A stretch of 64,000 nucleotides of DNA from a virus. Its lineage: Duplodnaviria > Heunggongvirae > Uroviricota > Caudoviricetes. The stretch spans positions 1 through 64,000 of IMG/VR virus record IMGVR_UViG_3300020050_013619; one strand, written 5' to 3'. Below the pieces are notes generated by a model. The model did not search any database. It was not told where the DNA came from and saw only the letters and a list, made by a program, of their open reading frames with translations. Below are positions 38,624 to 47,526 of the stretch, in pieces (position 1 is the first letter of the stretch; each line of letters begins with the position of its first letter). The translations under genes and the position numbers were made by a program.

Positions 38624-39304
38624 ATGGAAGTAGTCAATCAATTAAGAGAAGCTGTACGGCAAGATGGTTTAGAGAATGCACTTGACCGTTATTACTCGGT
38701 GTATCGCGGCACGGTCGTGGACAACGAAGACCCCGAATTTCGAGGACGGCTAAAAGTCAGTTGTGTTGATGCTTACGGCAGCGAATATTTAGACGATTGG
38801 GCTTTACCGATGGGCATACCGTCGGGTGGCACAACGCTTTGGCAAATTCCATCTGTTGGCAATACGGTTTGGATTCAATTTGAATACGGTGATGTCCGCT
38901 TTCCTGTTTGGTCGTGGGGCTGGTTCAAAGACGGTAGCGCACCACAAAGCGCAAAGGTGGACGGCAATAAAATAGCGGCAACCATTTGGCAATCGGCTTC
39001 TGGTCATCGCATCGTGATGGATGATAAAAATGGTATTGTGAGCATACGCAACGTATCAGGTGATGAGATTGAAATGAGTAAAACAGGTATTGCCGTAAAA
39101 TCAAACAATATTGCTGTCGGTGGCACAGTAGAAAAAGCCGTAAAAGGTAATACCTTAACATCGCTGCTTTCTCGCTTACTGACAACAATCAGCACAGCGA
39201 CAACGGTGGACGGTAAACCTTTGAATCCTGCAACGATACAGCAATTGACACAAATTTCAACTGAATTACAAACAGTTTTGTCACAAAAAGTAACTTTAGA
39301 ATAA
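38624..39304 (+). CDS. baseplate central spike protein (P2 gpV / Mu gp45-like)
   Basis: YRGTVVDNEDPEFRGRLKVSC...WALPMGIPSGG...PSVGNTVWIQFEYGDVRFPVW is the classic gpV/gp5 OB-fold signature. Confidence 0.75.
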   Translation: MEVVNQLREAVRQDGLENALDRYYSVYRGTVVDNEDPEFRGRLKVSCVDAYGSEYLDDWALPMGIPSGGTTLWQIPSVGNTVWIQFEYGDVRFPVWSWGWFKDGSAPQSAKVDGNKIAATIWQSASGHRIVMDDKNGIVSIRNVSGDEIEMSKTGIAVKSNNIAVGGTVEKAVKGNTLTSLLSRLLTTISTATTVDGKPLNPATIQQLTQISTELQTVLSQKVTLE

Positions 39305-39690
39305 TGAATTACGCATATCTCGGAACGGCAATAAAGACCCCCCTCAGTATCTTGTCAAATGGGCGTGCTGAAACAATCGGATCAACAGAAACGGTTCGGC
39401 AAGCCATTGAACGGCTTTTGTCAACACCCAAAGGTTCTGTCTTTTTCAATCGGCAGTACGGCTGTCGTTTGGAAGAACTACTGTTTGAGACAAACGACAC
39501 GGTTCTTGCTGCTATGATTCGACAATTCATTCTTGAAGCCATCCGCGATTGGGAACCACGTGTCAAATTCTTGGACGCTCAAATCACGATTGACGACAAC
39601 ACCTGCAATTGTTATATCCGTTATCGGATATTGGCATCCAATGAGATTGATGCACTTATCTATCCATTTTACCGTACAACAAAATATTAA
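39304..39690 (+). CDS. baseplate protein gpW/gp25-like
   Basis: PLSILSNGRAETIGSTETVRQAIERLLSTPKGSVFFNRQYGCRLEELLFE matches the GPW/gp25 family pattern. Confidence 0.65.
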   Translation: MNYAYLGTAIKTPLSILSNGRAETIGSTETVRQAIERLLSTPKGSVFFNRQYGCRLEELLFETNDTVLAAMIRQFILEAIRDWEPRVKFLDAQITIDDNTCNCYIRYRILASNEIDALIYPFYRTTKY

Positions 39691-39692
39691 AA

Positions 39693-41366
39693 ATGGCAAA
39701 CGTTAATATACCCTACGTCAATCGTAGCTATCAGCAAATCAAAGAGTTTATCTTGACACGGCTTTTTGGCGTGCGCGATGACAACGGACAGTTTGTGCCA
39801 GGTGCTGGGCTTGTGCCTGAAGTAACCGACCATACGGAAAACAGTCTTTTGGTGCGCATTATTTCAGTTTGGGCAGGACTCATTGAAATGCTCAATTACT
39901 ATATTGACAATGCCAGTACCGAAACTTTCTTGGCAACGTGTCGGCGTTATCGGTCGGGTGTTTTGATTGCACGATTCTATGACTATCGCATCAAATGCCG
40001 CACGGCTGCAACTGTCAATATCACTTTTTATCTGTCGGCTGCGCACACGTCAACCGTTACGATTCCAGCCAATACCATCGTTCTGACCGCCGACGGTATC
40101 AATTTCTACACAACGCAGGATTTGGTTATTGCCATTGGCGATACGCGCGGCACGGTCGGCGCACGGCAAGCGAGTAATATTGGGTTCACGACACTTGGCA
40201 CCAGCAACGGCAAAGCCAATCAGGTATTTGAATTGGCGACGACAACGGCTTTCAATTCTGTATCTATCCGTATTGGCGGCGTATCATACGCTTCAAAAGA
40301 TACGTTTGCCTTTTCGACACCTACGGACAAGCATTTTGTCGAGACGGTGAATGAATCGGGCGTGCCAATTGTCAAATTTGGAGACGGTTACTTTGGTATC
40401 ATTCCAGCAAGTGGCGCAACGATTGAAGTATCGTATAAAACGACATTTGGGGTATTTGGTAATGTTGCGCCGTATCTCATCAATACGATTGTCTCATCGC
40501 TCACGTTACCATCGGGCATAACGGCAACTTGTTCAAATCTCAATGCCGCTTCAGGTGGTGGCGAGATTGAAAGTTTGGCAGAATTAAAACGCCGTGTACC
40601 CCTCAGTAACAGAACCCGAATGGCAGCAGTGCCAAAACAAGATTATATTGATTTGACAGAAACGTATCCATCGGTTCAAAAAGCAGGTGTTGAATACTCG
40701 TGCGGTGCGGACATCAAATTGTACATCGTGCCCACAGGTGGGGGTATTGCTTCAACGGAGTTGTTGGCAGACGTAACGACGTACATGGATGATAAGAAAA
40801 TCATGGGTCGGCGGTTATCGGTCTTACCAACTGGACAGGTGCGTATAAAGTTGGGTATTCGTTTACGGATTCGACCAGACTACAACCAAACGGCGGTGTA
40901 TGCGGCGGTCAAGGCAAAACTCACAACGTTTGGCAGTTATCTGAATCAACAGATTGGCGGCGCAATAGAATTAAATGATGTGATTGCGGAAATTGAATCT
41001 ACTGAGGGGGTGATTGTTTCGAAAGTAGATACGATGACAACGATACCCTTTGCGCGACCTTTGGGCGATTGGCAAACACTCGATTGGACAGTCGCAACGG
41101 GCGTAAACTCCAGCGAAACAGTACAGTGGAAAATCAGTTTTACAGCCGTTGACCGTTTTCAATTGTTGCGCAATGGTTCATACATTGGCACGTATGATGT
41201 CGGCGATACGGTGACACGCAATGAAATGGTTTTTACCATCAATGACGAGTACGCCATCGGTGATGAGTGGGTGTTTACGACCTATCCGTATTTTGGTTCG
41301 GTTATTTTATCGGAAATGTCGCTGCCTGTAATTTTGGAGGGGGATATTGCTTTGTCGGGTTACTGA
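39693..41366 (+). CDS. baseplate J-like (gp6/gpJ) protein
   Basis: 557 aa, immediately after the gpW-like gene; gpV-W-J order. Confidence 0.55.
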   Translation: MANVNIPYVNRSYQQIKEFILTRLFGVRDDNGQFVPGAGLVPEVTDHTENSLLVRIISVWAGLIEMLNYYIDNASTETFLATCRRYRSGVLIARFYDYRIKCRTAATVNITFYLSAAHTSTVTIPANTIVLTADGINFYTTQDLVIAIGDTRGTVGARQASNIGFTTLGTSNGKANQVFELATTTAFNSVSIRIGGVSYASKDTFAFSTPTDKHFVETVNESGVPIVKFGDGYFGIIPASGATIEVSYKTTFGVFGNVAPYLINTIVSSLTLPSGITATCSNLNAASGGGEIESLAELKRRVPLSNRTRMAAVPKQDYIDLTETYPSVQKAGVEYSCGADIKLYIVPTGGGIASTELLADVTTYMDDKKIMGRRLSVLPTGQVRIKLGIRLRIRPDYNQTAVYAAVKAKLTTFGSYLNQQIGGAIELNDVIAEIESTEGVIVSKVDTMTTIPFARPLGDWQTLDWTVATGVNSSETVQWKISFTAVDRFQLLRNGSYIGTYDVGDTVTRNEMVFTINDEYAIGDEWVFTTYPYFGSVILSEMSLPVILEGDIALSGY

Positions 41367-41382
41367 TTTATATGAGGTGTAA

Positions 41383-41421
41383 AAAAGCCGTTTGGGTGTT
41401 AAGTCCAAACGGCTTTTTCAT
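41383..41421. terminator. bidirectional terminator
   Basis: AAAAGCCGTTTGG...CCAAACGGCTTTTT. Confidence 0.6.
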
Positions 41422-41502
41422 AAATAAGAGTGTCCACGTCCCCCAATTCTGGTCACGACCTTACTGAAATTATCTGTCGGGAGTCGTGGACTATCGTGAT
41501 TT

Positions 41503-42066
41503 TTACTCTTTATTTTTAGGAAATGCTCTACTAAACGGCTTCACAAAATTATTTTCAGTCTTAACACTGCTTAACCAGCCATCGGTTCTAATCTGTGCAG
41601 TAAGTCCCGAATATTCTCTGATTTCTTGAATCATCTCAATGGCACTGATTTTACCTGCCATATTCTTATCAAGTATCGGTAACAAACCTTTGGTTGTTTC
41701 ATCGTTTCCTTCGAAATTAAAGCCAATATTATTTATACTAATACTTGAGCCATCTTCGAACACAAATGAAGCCAATAAGCCATTGACATAAACAATACGC
41801 CCATTATCGGAGTTGACATCGCTCATAATACCAATAAGCGTTTTATGCGCGACTTGATAAAGAAAGCGCAGCTTTGGCGGGTTAAGTTCATCACCACCGT
41901 ATTCTATTTTGGTGCGCTCAATAACGCCAAACTGATAAGGGTTTTGGTCAATTCGATTCAATTCTTCGAATTCATGTTCGATGAGGTAATTGATAGCTTC
42001 CTGTGCTGTATCAAATTCCTCAATCGCTGTAACGTGTCTTTTTTCCATTGTGATTTTTTTACTCAA
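41503..42066 (-). CDS. hypothetical protein (187 aa)
   Basis: Last gene of the minus-strand early island. Confidence 0.45.
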   Translation of the reverse strand: MSKKITMEKRHVTAIEEFDTAQEAINYLIEHEFEELNRIDQNPYQFGVIERTKIEYGGDELNPPKLRFLYQVAHKTLIGIMSDVNSDNGRIVYVNGLLASFVFEDGSSISINNIGFNFEGNDETTKGLLPILDKNMAGKISAIEMIQEIREYSGLTAQIRTDGWLSSVKTENNFVKPFSRAFPKNKE

Positions 42067-42475
42067 AGATAGATAAAGTATGTTCAGTCTTGATAGTGAC
42101 CGTCGGCAATATTGGATTGATAAAAATTGTCATTCCGCTCGGTACGTCTTCGCCATCCATTTTGACAACACGATAAACAAAGTGTCTGTGCGTGGGCGAA
42201 TAGCCGTTGTACTCGATTTTGTATTCCGTTACATCGCCTGTATTTGTTGGGTTTACGGCTTTGATAACATTCGCTGTTTTCTCAAAACTGCGGAGCATTT
42301 TTGCGCTCAATGTGTCCGATTTACCCTCATAGTTCTTTGTCGCTGTCAAGTGATTTGTGAAGACCTTGAAATCAAAGTCTTTTTGAGCTTGCATACTGAG
42401 GGGTAGTACAAGTAGGAGAAATACGAGTTTTTTCATTGTTTTATTCTGTCTATAAGTGAGATAATATTTTGACAA
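42059..42475 (-). CDS. secreted protein (mature start probably Met at 42436: MKKLVFLLLVLPLSMQAQ)
   Basis: Signal peptide at the internal Met. Confidence 0.45.
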   Translation of the reverse strand: MSKYYLTYRQNKTMKKLVFLLLVLPLSMQAQKDFDFKVFTNHLTATKNYEGKSDTLSAKMLRSFEKTANVIKAVNPTNTGDVTEYKIEYNGYSPTHRHFVYRVVKMDGEDVPSGMTIFINPILPTVTIKTEHTLSIFE

Positions 42476-42786
42476 GCTTCTTTTGGCTGGTCAATTTGCA
42501 AAGCATATTTTTTAGCGATGTGTTCATAATAGTAAAATGAATTCATATCGCGCACATCTATGTCGTAGTGCAGTTTTTTGGTTGCAAATTCAATGCACAG
42601 GCGTAATCTTTCAGATAGAGAAAGTTTGGGCCTAATGACGTTGTAATCAAGCATCATAAGTCTAAAAGTGTCTGTCGTCATAAAACAAACCCTGCGGTCA
42701 CGCCTTTGTTCCGATACGGTTTGACAAGGGACAATAGTTGAGACAGACCAAAAGTCACTTGGTAAAAGCATATTTATGAGAGCCAT
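42433..42786 (-). CDS. hypothetical protein (117 aa)
   Basis: ORF only. Confidence 0.4.
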   Translation of the reverse strand: MALINMLLPSDFWSVSTIVPCQTVSEQRRDRRVCFMTTDTFRLMMLDYNVIRPKLSLSERLRLCIEFATKKLHYDIDVRDMNSFYYYEHIAKKYALQIDQPKEACQNIISLIDRIKQ

Positions 42787-42946
42787 ATTGTTTAATTATT
42801 CAGTTTTAATGATACGTTTTACAGTTGCGATAATGATTAAGACCAGCAATTGAGCTGATAAAAAGGTAAACACAAACTTACCAAGCGTATCTCCTCTAAA
42901 AACAGAGAAAACTATACTTACTAAGCCTGTAATTAAATGCGTTGTT

Positions 42947-43183
42947 TTATATCTGTTTATATTCATTTTCCAATTTTTGACATTCTTTTACTATTGTTAA
43001 TTGAAATTTACACTCATTAATATATTCAGTCTCCTTAGTACCAATTAAGTCCTTTTGACTTTCCATAACAAAAACACGCAACCCTTGACAATCATGCACT
43101 ACTGACACGCTATTGTAGGGCAGACCTAAACCCATTAAATAACTGTGCATTTGCCTCATGGCTGTATAATTGTATTCTTGCAT
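42947..43183 (-). CDS. hypothetical small protein (78 aa)
   Basis: ORF only. Confidence 0.35.
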   Translation of the reverse strand: MQEYNYTAMRQMHSYLMGLGLPYNSVSVVHDCQGLRVFVMESQKDLIGTKETEYINECKFQLTIVKECQKLENEYKQI

Positions 43184-43191
43184 AACTGCTT

Positions 43192-43542
43192 TTATAAAAC
43201 TTGGTAATTAAATGATGATTTAAAGCACCCTTTGACATAAGCAAAGTCAGGATTGCCGAGGGTTGTGTAACCAGCTTTTACAGGCTTATTCATGCCCATT
43301 AGCATGATGAACATTTTTAGGTCGTTCAACTCACCTTTTCCGACTTGGTAAAACCCTTGTCTTTCGCCTGCCATAAAAGGTCTCAACCCTAATAATGTGT
43401 TTTCAGCAATAAGATATTTACCCGATACGTCATGGTAATACAGCACTTTCTCATCAGACTTTATAAGTTCTGATTTCATGGGCGTTGTATTGGTGGCGGT
43501 TGTTTCATTTTCTAATCCGTCGAAAATATTTGCTTTGCTCAT
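43192..43542 (-). CDS. hypothetical protein (116 aa)
   Basis: ORF only. Confidence 0.4.
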   Translation of the reverse strand: MSKANIFDGLENETTATNTTPMKSELIKSDEKVLYYHDVSGKYLIAENTLLGLRPFMAGERQGFYQVGKGELNDLKMFIMLMGMNKPVKAGYTTLGNPDFAYVKGCFKSSFNYQVL

Positions 43543-43578
43543 TTATTATAGTTTTAAAAAAGCTCCTATGTTATTAAT

Positions 43579-43932
43579 TTATTGTTGATTTATTTCCAAT
43601 ACTTCGCCTCTCAAGACAAATATTAAGTTTTGCAATTGGTGTATATATTGCACATTGAATATTATCTTGCTGTTGAACCAAAACGAATAAACTGGCTCAC
43701 TACCGTCGTTGTGGTCAAAGCTATAAAGTTGGACATTAGAAATCTTTTTCTGCCACTCCTCGGTTACAGGTATAGGCTCAATAATAACACCCGAAGCATC
43801 AATAAAACCTTTTACAGCATCGCTACCAGTTAATTCGAGTGCTTCAATACCATTTACTGACATAGCAGCAATTTTATAAATACCATTGCCACTTTTAACC
43901 AAATTGCCAATCATTAACTCATTTACATTCAT
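43579..43932 (-). CDS. paralog family member 1 of the tandem triplet
   Basis: MNVNELMIGNL...IPVTEEWQKKI...QYIHQLQNLIFVLRGEVLEI. Confidence 0.5.
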   Translation of the reverse strand: MNVNELMIGNLVKSGNGIYKIAAMSVNGIEALELTGSDAVKGFIDASGVIIEPIPVTEEWQKKISNVQLYSFDHNDGSEPVYSFWFNSKIIFNVQYIHQLQNLIFVLRGEVLEINQQ

Positions 43933-44366
43933 TCTTTAATAAATTTTAGTTCCTGCCTATCATTCACATAAAAGCAGATGTTTTGCAATTCATGTACATA
44001 ATCGCACCGAATAAGTGCCGCAAAGCCGTTTGGTTGAACGCCAAAATGTTCTTTATTGTGCTCATGGAAGCTGAACACAACTTTTGGATTAGTTGACAAT
44101 ACATAGATGTTACCATATTCATGCTTTAACTCGAATCCAAGATTTAACAGCAGTTCTTTTGTGATAGGTATGGGCTTGCAATTATCTAAATCAACGATAT
44201 AGCCTCGCTCAATTTTGTCGCCTCTATACGCATCAATTAACAGTTGACAGCCTTCATTTGTATCGCACCGCGTGAGGTGCTCATGGGGTTTAAATCCGTT
44301 AATTTTGGCAATCAGTCCTTCATCATCAATGATTAGGTTTCCAATTCTTAGTTCGTTTGCTTTCAT
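43929..44366 (-). CDS. paralog family member 2
   Basis: MKANELRIGNL...IPITKELLLNLGF...DYVHELQNICFYV; ATGA overlap with its neighbours. Confidence 0.5.
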   Translation of the reverse strand: MKANELRIGNLIIDDEGLIAKINGFKPHEHLTRCDTNEGCQLLIDAYRGDKIERGYIVDLDNCKPIPITKELLLNLGFELKHEYGNIYVLSTNPKVVFSFHEHNKEHFGVQPNGFAALIRCDYVHELQNICFYVNDRQELKFIKE

Positions 44367-44797
44367 GCTTTAATTAATATTAGTTCTTCACCTGCCAAGG
44401 CAAAGAACAAGTTTTGAATTTGATGGATAAATTGAACCTCTATGTATGAGTCTGCATCGTGAATATGAAAAATATTAAAGAGGTAACAACCATCTGTTTT
44501 GGACTTATAGATACCGTGATTTTCATTTACCCATGCAAATAGCTCGGGCGTGTATATAAACCCGAATCTTTTAAGCCACTCCTCAGTAATTGGAATAGCT
44601 TCAATGTACTTAATAAACTGATGAAAATCCTCGTAATATTGATTTGGCTTTCTTTCTAATTCAACCAAACTAATAGAGTATTCATCGTGCATTTCTGAAA
44701 TACCCCTTACGACAACAGGAATATCTTTCATGCCTGGATGATACTCTTTGTTGTTTATTGTCACTATGTTGCCTATCCTTAATTCTTCAGGTTTCAT
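44363..44797 (-). CDS. paralog family member 3
   Basis: MKPEELRIGNI...IPITEEWLKRFGF...QFIHQIQNLFFALAGEEL. Confidence 0.5.
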   Translation of the reverse strand: MKPEELRIGNIVTINNKEYHPGMKDIPVVVRGISEMHDEYSISLVELERKPNQYYEDFHQFIKYIEAIPITEEWLKRFGFIYTPELFAWVNENHGIYKSKTDGCYLFNIFHIHDADSYIEVQFIHQIQNLFFALAGEELILIKA

Positions 44798-44803
44798 AAC
44801 TTC

Positions 44804-45292
44804 TCATTTATCCAGCACAAAAAAATCATCATTGATTCTTTTGCACCACGTTCTATAATGCGATTTCCTAATTAGGCGTAAATCAACGCCCAGTTTCAAG
44901 ACTGAAAAAATATTATACTCGACCTTGATTGAACCATCACTCAGTTGATAGGCTTTAGTATAATCAAGTGTCTTTCCTATTCTCATTTCAGCAAATCGAG
45001 ATGCTTCAATCACGATAATGTTTGCAAAACGACTTGTCTTTTCAGTTGCGTTATTGTGGTAATGTTCGTTACCACCGACGTATGTTTTGATTTCGACAAT
45101 TTTAGTGATGCCGTTAAAGTTGCAAATAGCATCAAACTCGAACTTAACCTTGTCAATCACTACCTCTCGATTAGGCAATACATCACATTGATACGACAGC
45201 CAGCCACGAATAATATTTTCGATGTGCGTTGACAGGATATTGCGAATGAAGGATTTCTGACTGTTTGATTTGTTTAGATTTACTTTTCGCAT
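44804..45292 (-). CDS. hypothetical protein, possibly PD-(D/E)xK-like
   Basis: FDAIC...ITKIVEIKTY is weakly D...E-x-K-like; otherwise unassigned. Confidence 0.35.
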   Translation of the reverse strand: MRKVNLNKSNSQKSFIRNILSTHIENIIRGWLSYQCDVLPNREVVIDKVKFEFDAICNFNGITKIVEIKTYVGGNEHYHNNATEKTSRFANIIVIEASRFAEMRIGKTLDYTKAYQLSDGSIKVEYNIFSVLKLGVDLRLIRKSHYRTWCKRINDDFFVLDK

Positions 45293-45306
45293 GGGATTAA
45301 GACTTT

Positions 45307-45546
45307 TTAATCATTGATTTTTTGGTAATATTCAATGATGGTCGCCAACTCTTTTGCGTTGCATTGGCGTATCTCAATATCTTGTTTTTGTTGCGCCAAG
45401 GCATCTTTCCAAAAACTGACTAAATCTTTAGTCAGTTGCTCAAGAATGGCTTTTTGCTGTTTGAAGTCAAAGTTGTTGCAGATGTATGCAACTGTTTGTG
45501 TGGCATATTGAAGATGCGGCTCTTGTGGTACTGGGTCTCCTATCAT
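45307..45546 (-). CDS. hypothetical small protein (79 aa)
   Basis: On the minus strand, AATCAACGGAATAAATC directly precedes the ATG. Confidence 0.45.
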   Translation of the reverse strand: MIGDPVPQEPHLQYATQTVAYICNNFDFKQQKAILEQLTKDLVSFWKDALAQQKQDIEIRQCNAKELATIIEYYQKIND

Positions 45547-45569
45547 GATTTATTCCGTTGATTTTAAAT

Positions 45570-45833
45570 TTATTTTAAAAAATTGATTCCTTTTTCCGTT
45601 AACCCAACTTTCAAACGTTTGGCGTTTACGTGCGCACAAACGATATATTTATTGTCCTTCAGCCACTGATAGTGTTTAACTTGTAGCGTTCGGACATTGA
45701 GATAATGCGCCAAATCAACAAATACAAGCTGCGTACTGAGGCTTGATTTCTCGGCAATGTCATCCAAATATTTCCGTGCTGTTTTTTCCATTGACAACGA
45801 ATTTACAGAGTTCCAAAAATGACTCAAACACAA
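45570..45833 (-). CDS. hypothetical small protein (start uncertain)
   Basis: ORF; overlaps 45760..46104 in another frame. Confidence 0.3.
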   Translation of the reverse strand: MCLSHFWNSVNSLSMEKTARKYLDDIAEKSSLSTQLVFVDLAHYLNVRTLQVKHYQWLKDNKYIVCAHVNAKRLKVGLTEKGINFLK

Positions 45834-46104
45834 ACACGTCCCATCCTTCTGTCAACATGTGCATAATCAACTCAAAGTCTCTTTCTGTTTGCACAAAGCC
45901 TTTTAATTCAATTTTATGCGAATGAAAACCTTCGTTTAGGTCATATATATAGTAGTACGTTTTTGCGTAATTCGATACCTTATGTATGCCAATGCCTGCA
46001 AAAACACCATCCTTTACAAAAAGCAAAGGTTTTTTGTCATACTTCGCTTCACTTAATGCTTCATTCACGATTTTACGAAGGTTTGGCAGTTCAATTTTTT
46101 CCAT
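45760..46104 (-). CDS. hypothetical protein (114 aa)
   Basis: ORF only. Confidence 0.4.
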   Translation of the reverse strand: MEKIELPNLRKIVNEALSEAKYDKKPLLFVKDGVFAGIGIHKVSNYAKTYYYIYDLNEGFHSHKIELKGFVQTERDFELIMHMLTEGWDVFVFESFLELCKFVVNGKNSTEIFG

Positions 46105-46279
46105 GCGCTTTTTTACTATTTAAAAGATAATACAAAAAATAGATAATAAAAATATCATCAATTAGCCTTGCAACAACATAATCAAATAAGGTAAACTTGT
46201 GCGGTATAGGCAGTGTCCACGACCAAATTGTTATAACAAAGCCTATCAATGAAAAATGATAGTTCAAGTTGTTTTTCAT
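46091..46279 (-). CDS. small membrane protein (62 aa)
   Basis: Hydrophobic FSLIGFVITIWSW segment. Confidence 0.3.
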   Translation of the reverse strand: MKNNLNYHFSLIGFVITIWSWTLPIPHKFTLFDYVVARLIDDIFIIYFLYYLLNSKKAHGKN

Positions 46280-46746
46280 TTTGATTCCTCTAAAGCCAAA
46301 CCTTTTGAAATAAGACCCAACACATCAAATCGGCAGGATAAAAGGTATAAATGCACGCTCGTTGGTACTTTGATATTGCTTGGCGTTATTATCCAAATAG
46401 AACCCATATAGCCAATGCGAAGTGCTTCATTAAACCAATCATTTTCTATTGTAATCAATATAGAATTTGAGTAAACATCAAAACTGTAATCCGTTTCGGG
46501 ATAGGTTACTTCTGGGTGAATGATTCTTTTCAATACTTCAATCGCTTCATTTTTCTTCATATCTCTAATTAAACGTAAAATAGGCTTGACTACCGAGGGG
46601 TCAAAATTAGCCCGCTCACAAATCACTTTATTGGCGACAATGTCAACACCTTCAATGGTTGCAGGTGTGCCAACAGCCTTATCAGTAGAATCAAAAATCA
46701 TACATGGAAAGCCTATGTATAGAGCGAATTCAGATATTGAAATCAT
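46276..46746 (-). CDS. hypothetical protein (156 aa), first gene of the island
   Basis: ORF directly downstream of a minus-strand early promoter. Confidence 0.45.
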   Translation of the reverse strand: MISISEFALYIGFPCMIFDSTDKAVGTPATIEGVDIVANKVICERANFDPSVVKPILRLIRDMKKNEAIEVLKRIIHPEVTYPETDYSFDVYSNSILITIENDWFNEALRIGYMGSIWIITPSNIKVPTSVHLYLLSCRFDVLGLISKGLALEESK

Positions 46747-46774
46747 TAGCTTTTAATTTTCAACAAAGATAAAT

Positions 46775-46815
46775 TAAATAATTACAATCACAAAATTAAC
46801 ATCTTGAAAATCTAA
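46775..46815 (-). promoter_or_regulatory. early promoter (minus strand) for the 46746..41503 island
   Basis: On the minus strand: GTTAATTTTGTGATTGTAATTATTTAATTTA (TAATTTTG -7 element plus the box). Confidence 0.5.
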
Positions 46816-46860
46816 AAAAATCTATAAATTGACACATCTCATAATAATCTATCAATAGTC

Positions 46861-47496
46861 ATGCTTTTCAAAGATAAAATATTCAGCCTACTCGGTCCAA
46901 ACGAAAAAAGGACGGATAGTAATAAGAATTCAAGCGGCAAAGGCACGCTTGAACGCTACATGTCGGCTTTTGGCGATGATATTGATACGAATATTGTACC
47001 GCTCATCGAAAACTTGGTTCAAAACACCACCGATATAGAACTGATGTTTACACGGTTCTTAGATGTTCAAGAGGAAACGAGGGGTGTTTTACCGCTCTCT
47101 TTTTCGCGCGGCTCATCGGACGAGGAGGAACGTATCAAAGACGAGTGGATGCGTCGGCGACTGTTGCTACACATCGAAAAGATACTGGCTGTCAGAGGTA
47201 CAAAAAAAGGTTTTCAATTGCTTTTCAGATTGATTGACAGTACCATCACCGTTATCACCATCAACGAGGCTTTTTCGGAAAATTTCTACGACGAATCGGA
47301 GTTTGACGATGGATTGAAATTCGACGTATCTATTTGCTCTGAATGCCCTGTTTACTCGATTGTCATTGTATCGGATGGCACAACCGAACCAACGGACTAT
47401 ATCATCAAGTGCGCCAAATCAATCATCGCATTCAACCAGCCGATTGACGTAAAACTGGGTACAATCACATACAACGGGTTCGCCATTTCTCTATAA
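46861..47496 (+). CDS. putative baseplate wedge / tail-fibre-associated protein (211 aa)
   Basis: Resumes the late block after the island, immediately upstream of the fibre gene. Confidence 0.4.
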   Translation: MLFKDKIFSLLGPNEKRTDSNKNSSGKGTLERYMSAFGDDIDTNIVPLIENLVQNTTDIELMFTRFLDVQEETRGVLPLSFSRGSSDEEERIKDEWMRRRLLLHIEKILAVRGTKKGFQLLFRLIDSTITVITINEAFSENFYDESEFDDGLKFDVSICSECPVYSIVIVSDGTTEPTDYIIKCAKSIIAFNQPIDVKLGTITYNGFAISL

Positions 47497-47526
47497 TTCT
47501 CTATCATAATAATTCAACGGAATATC

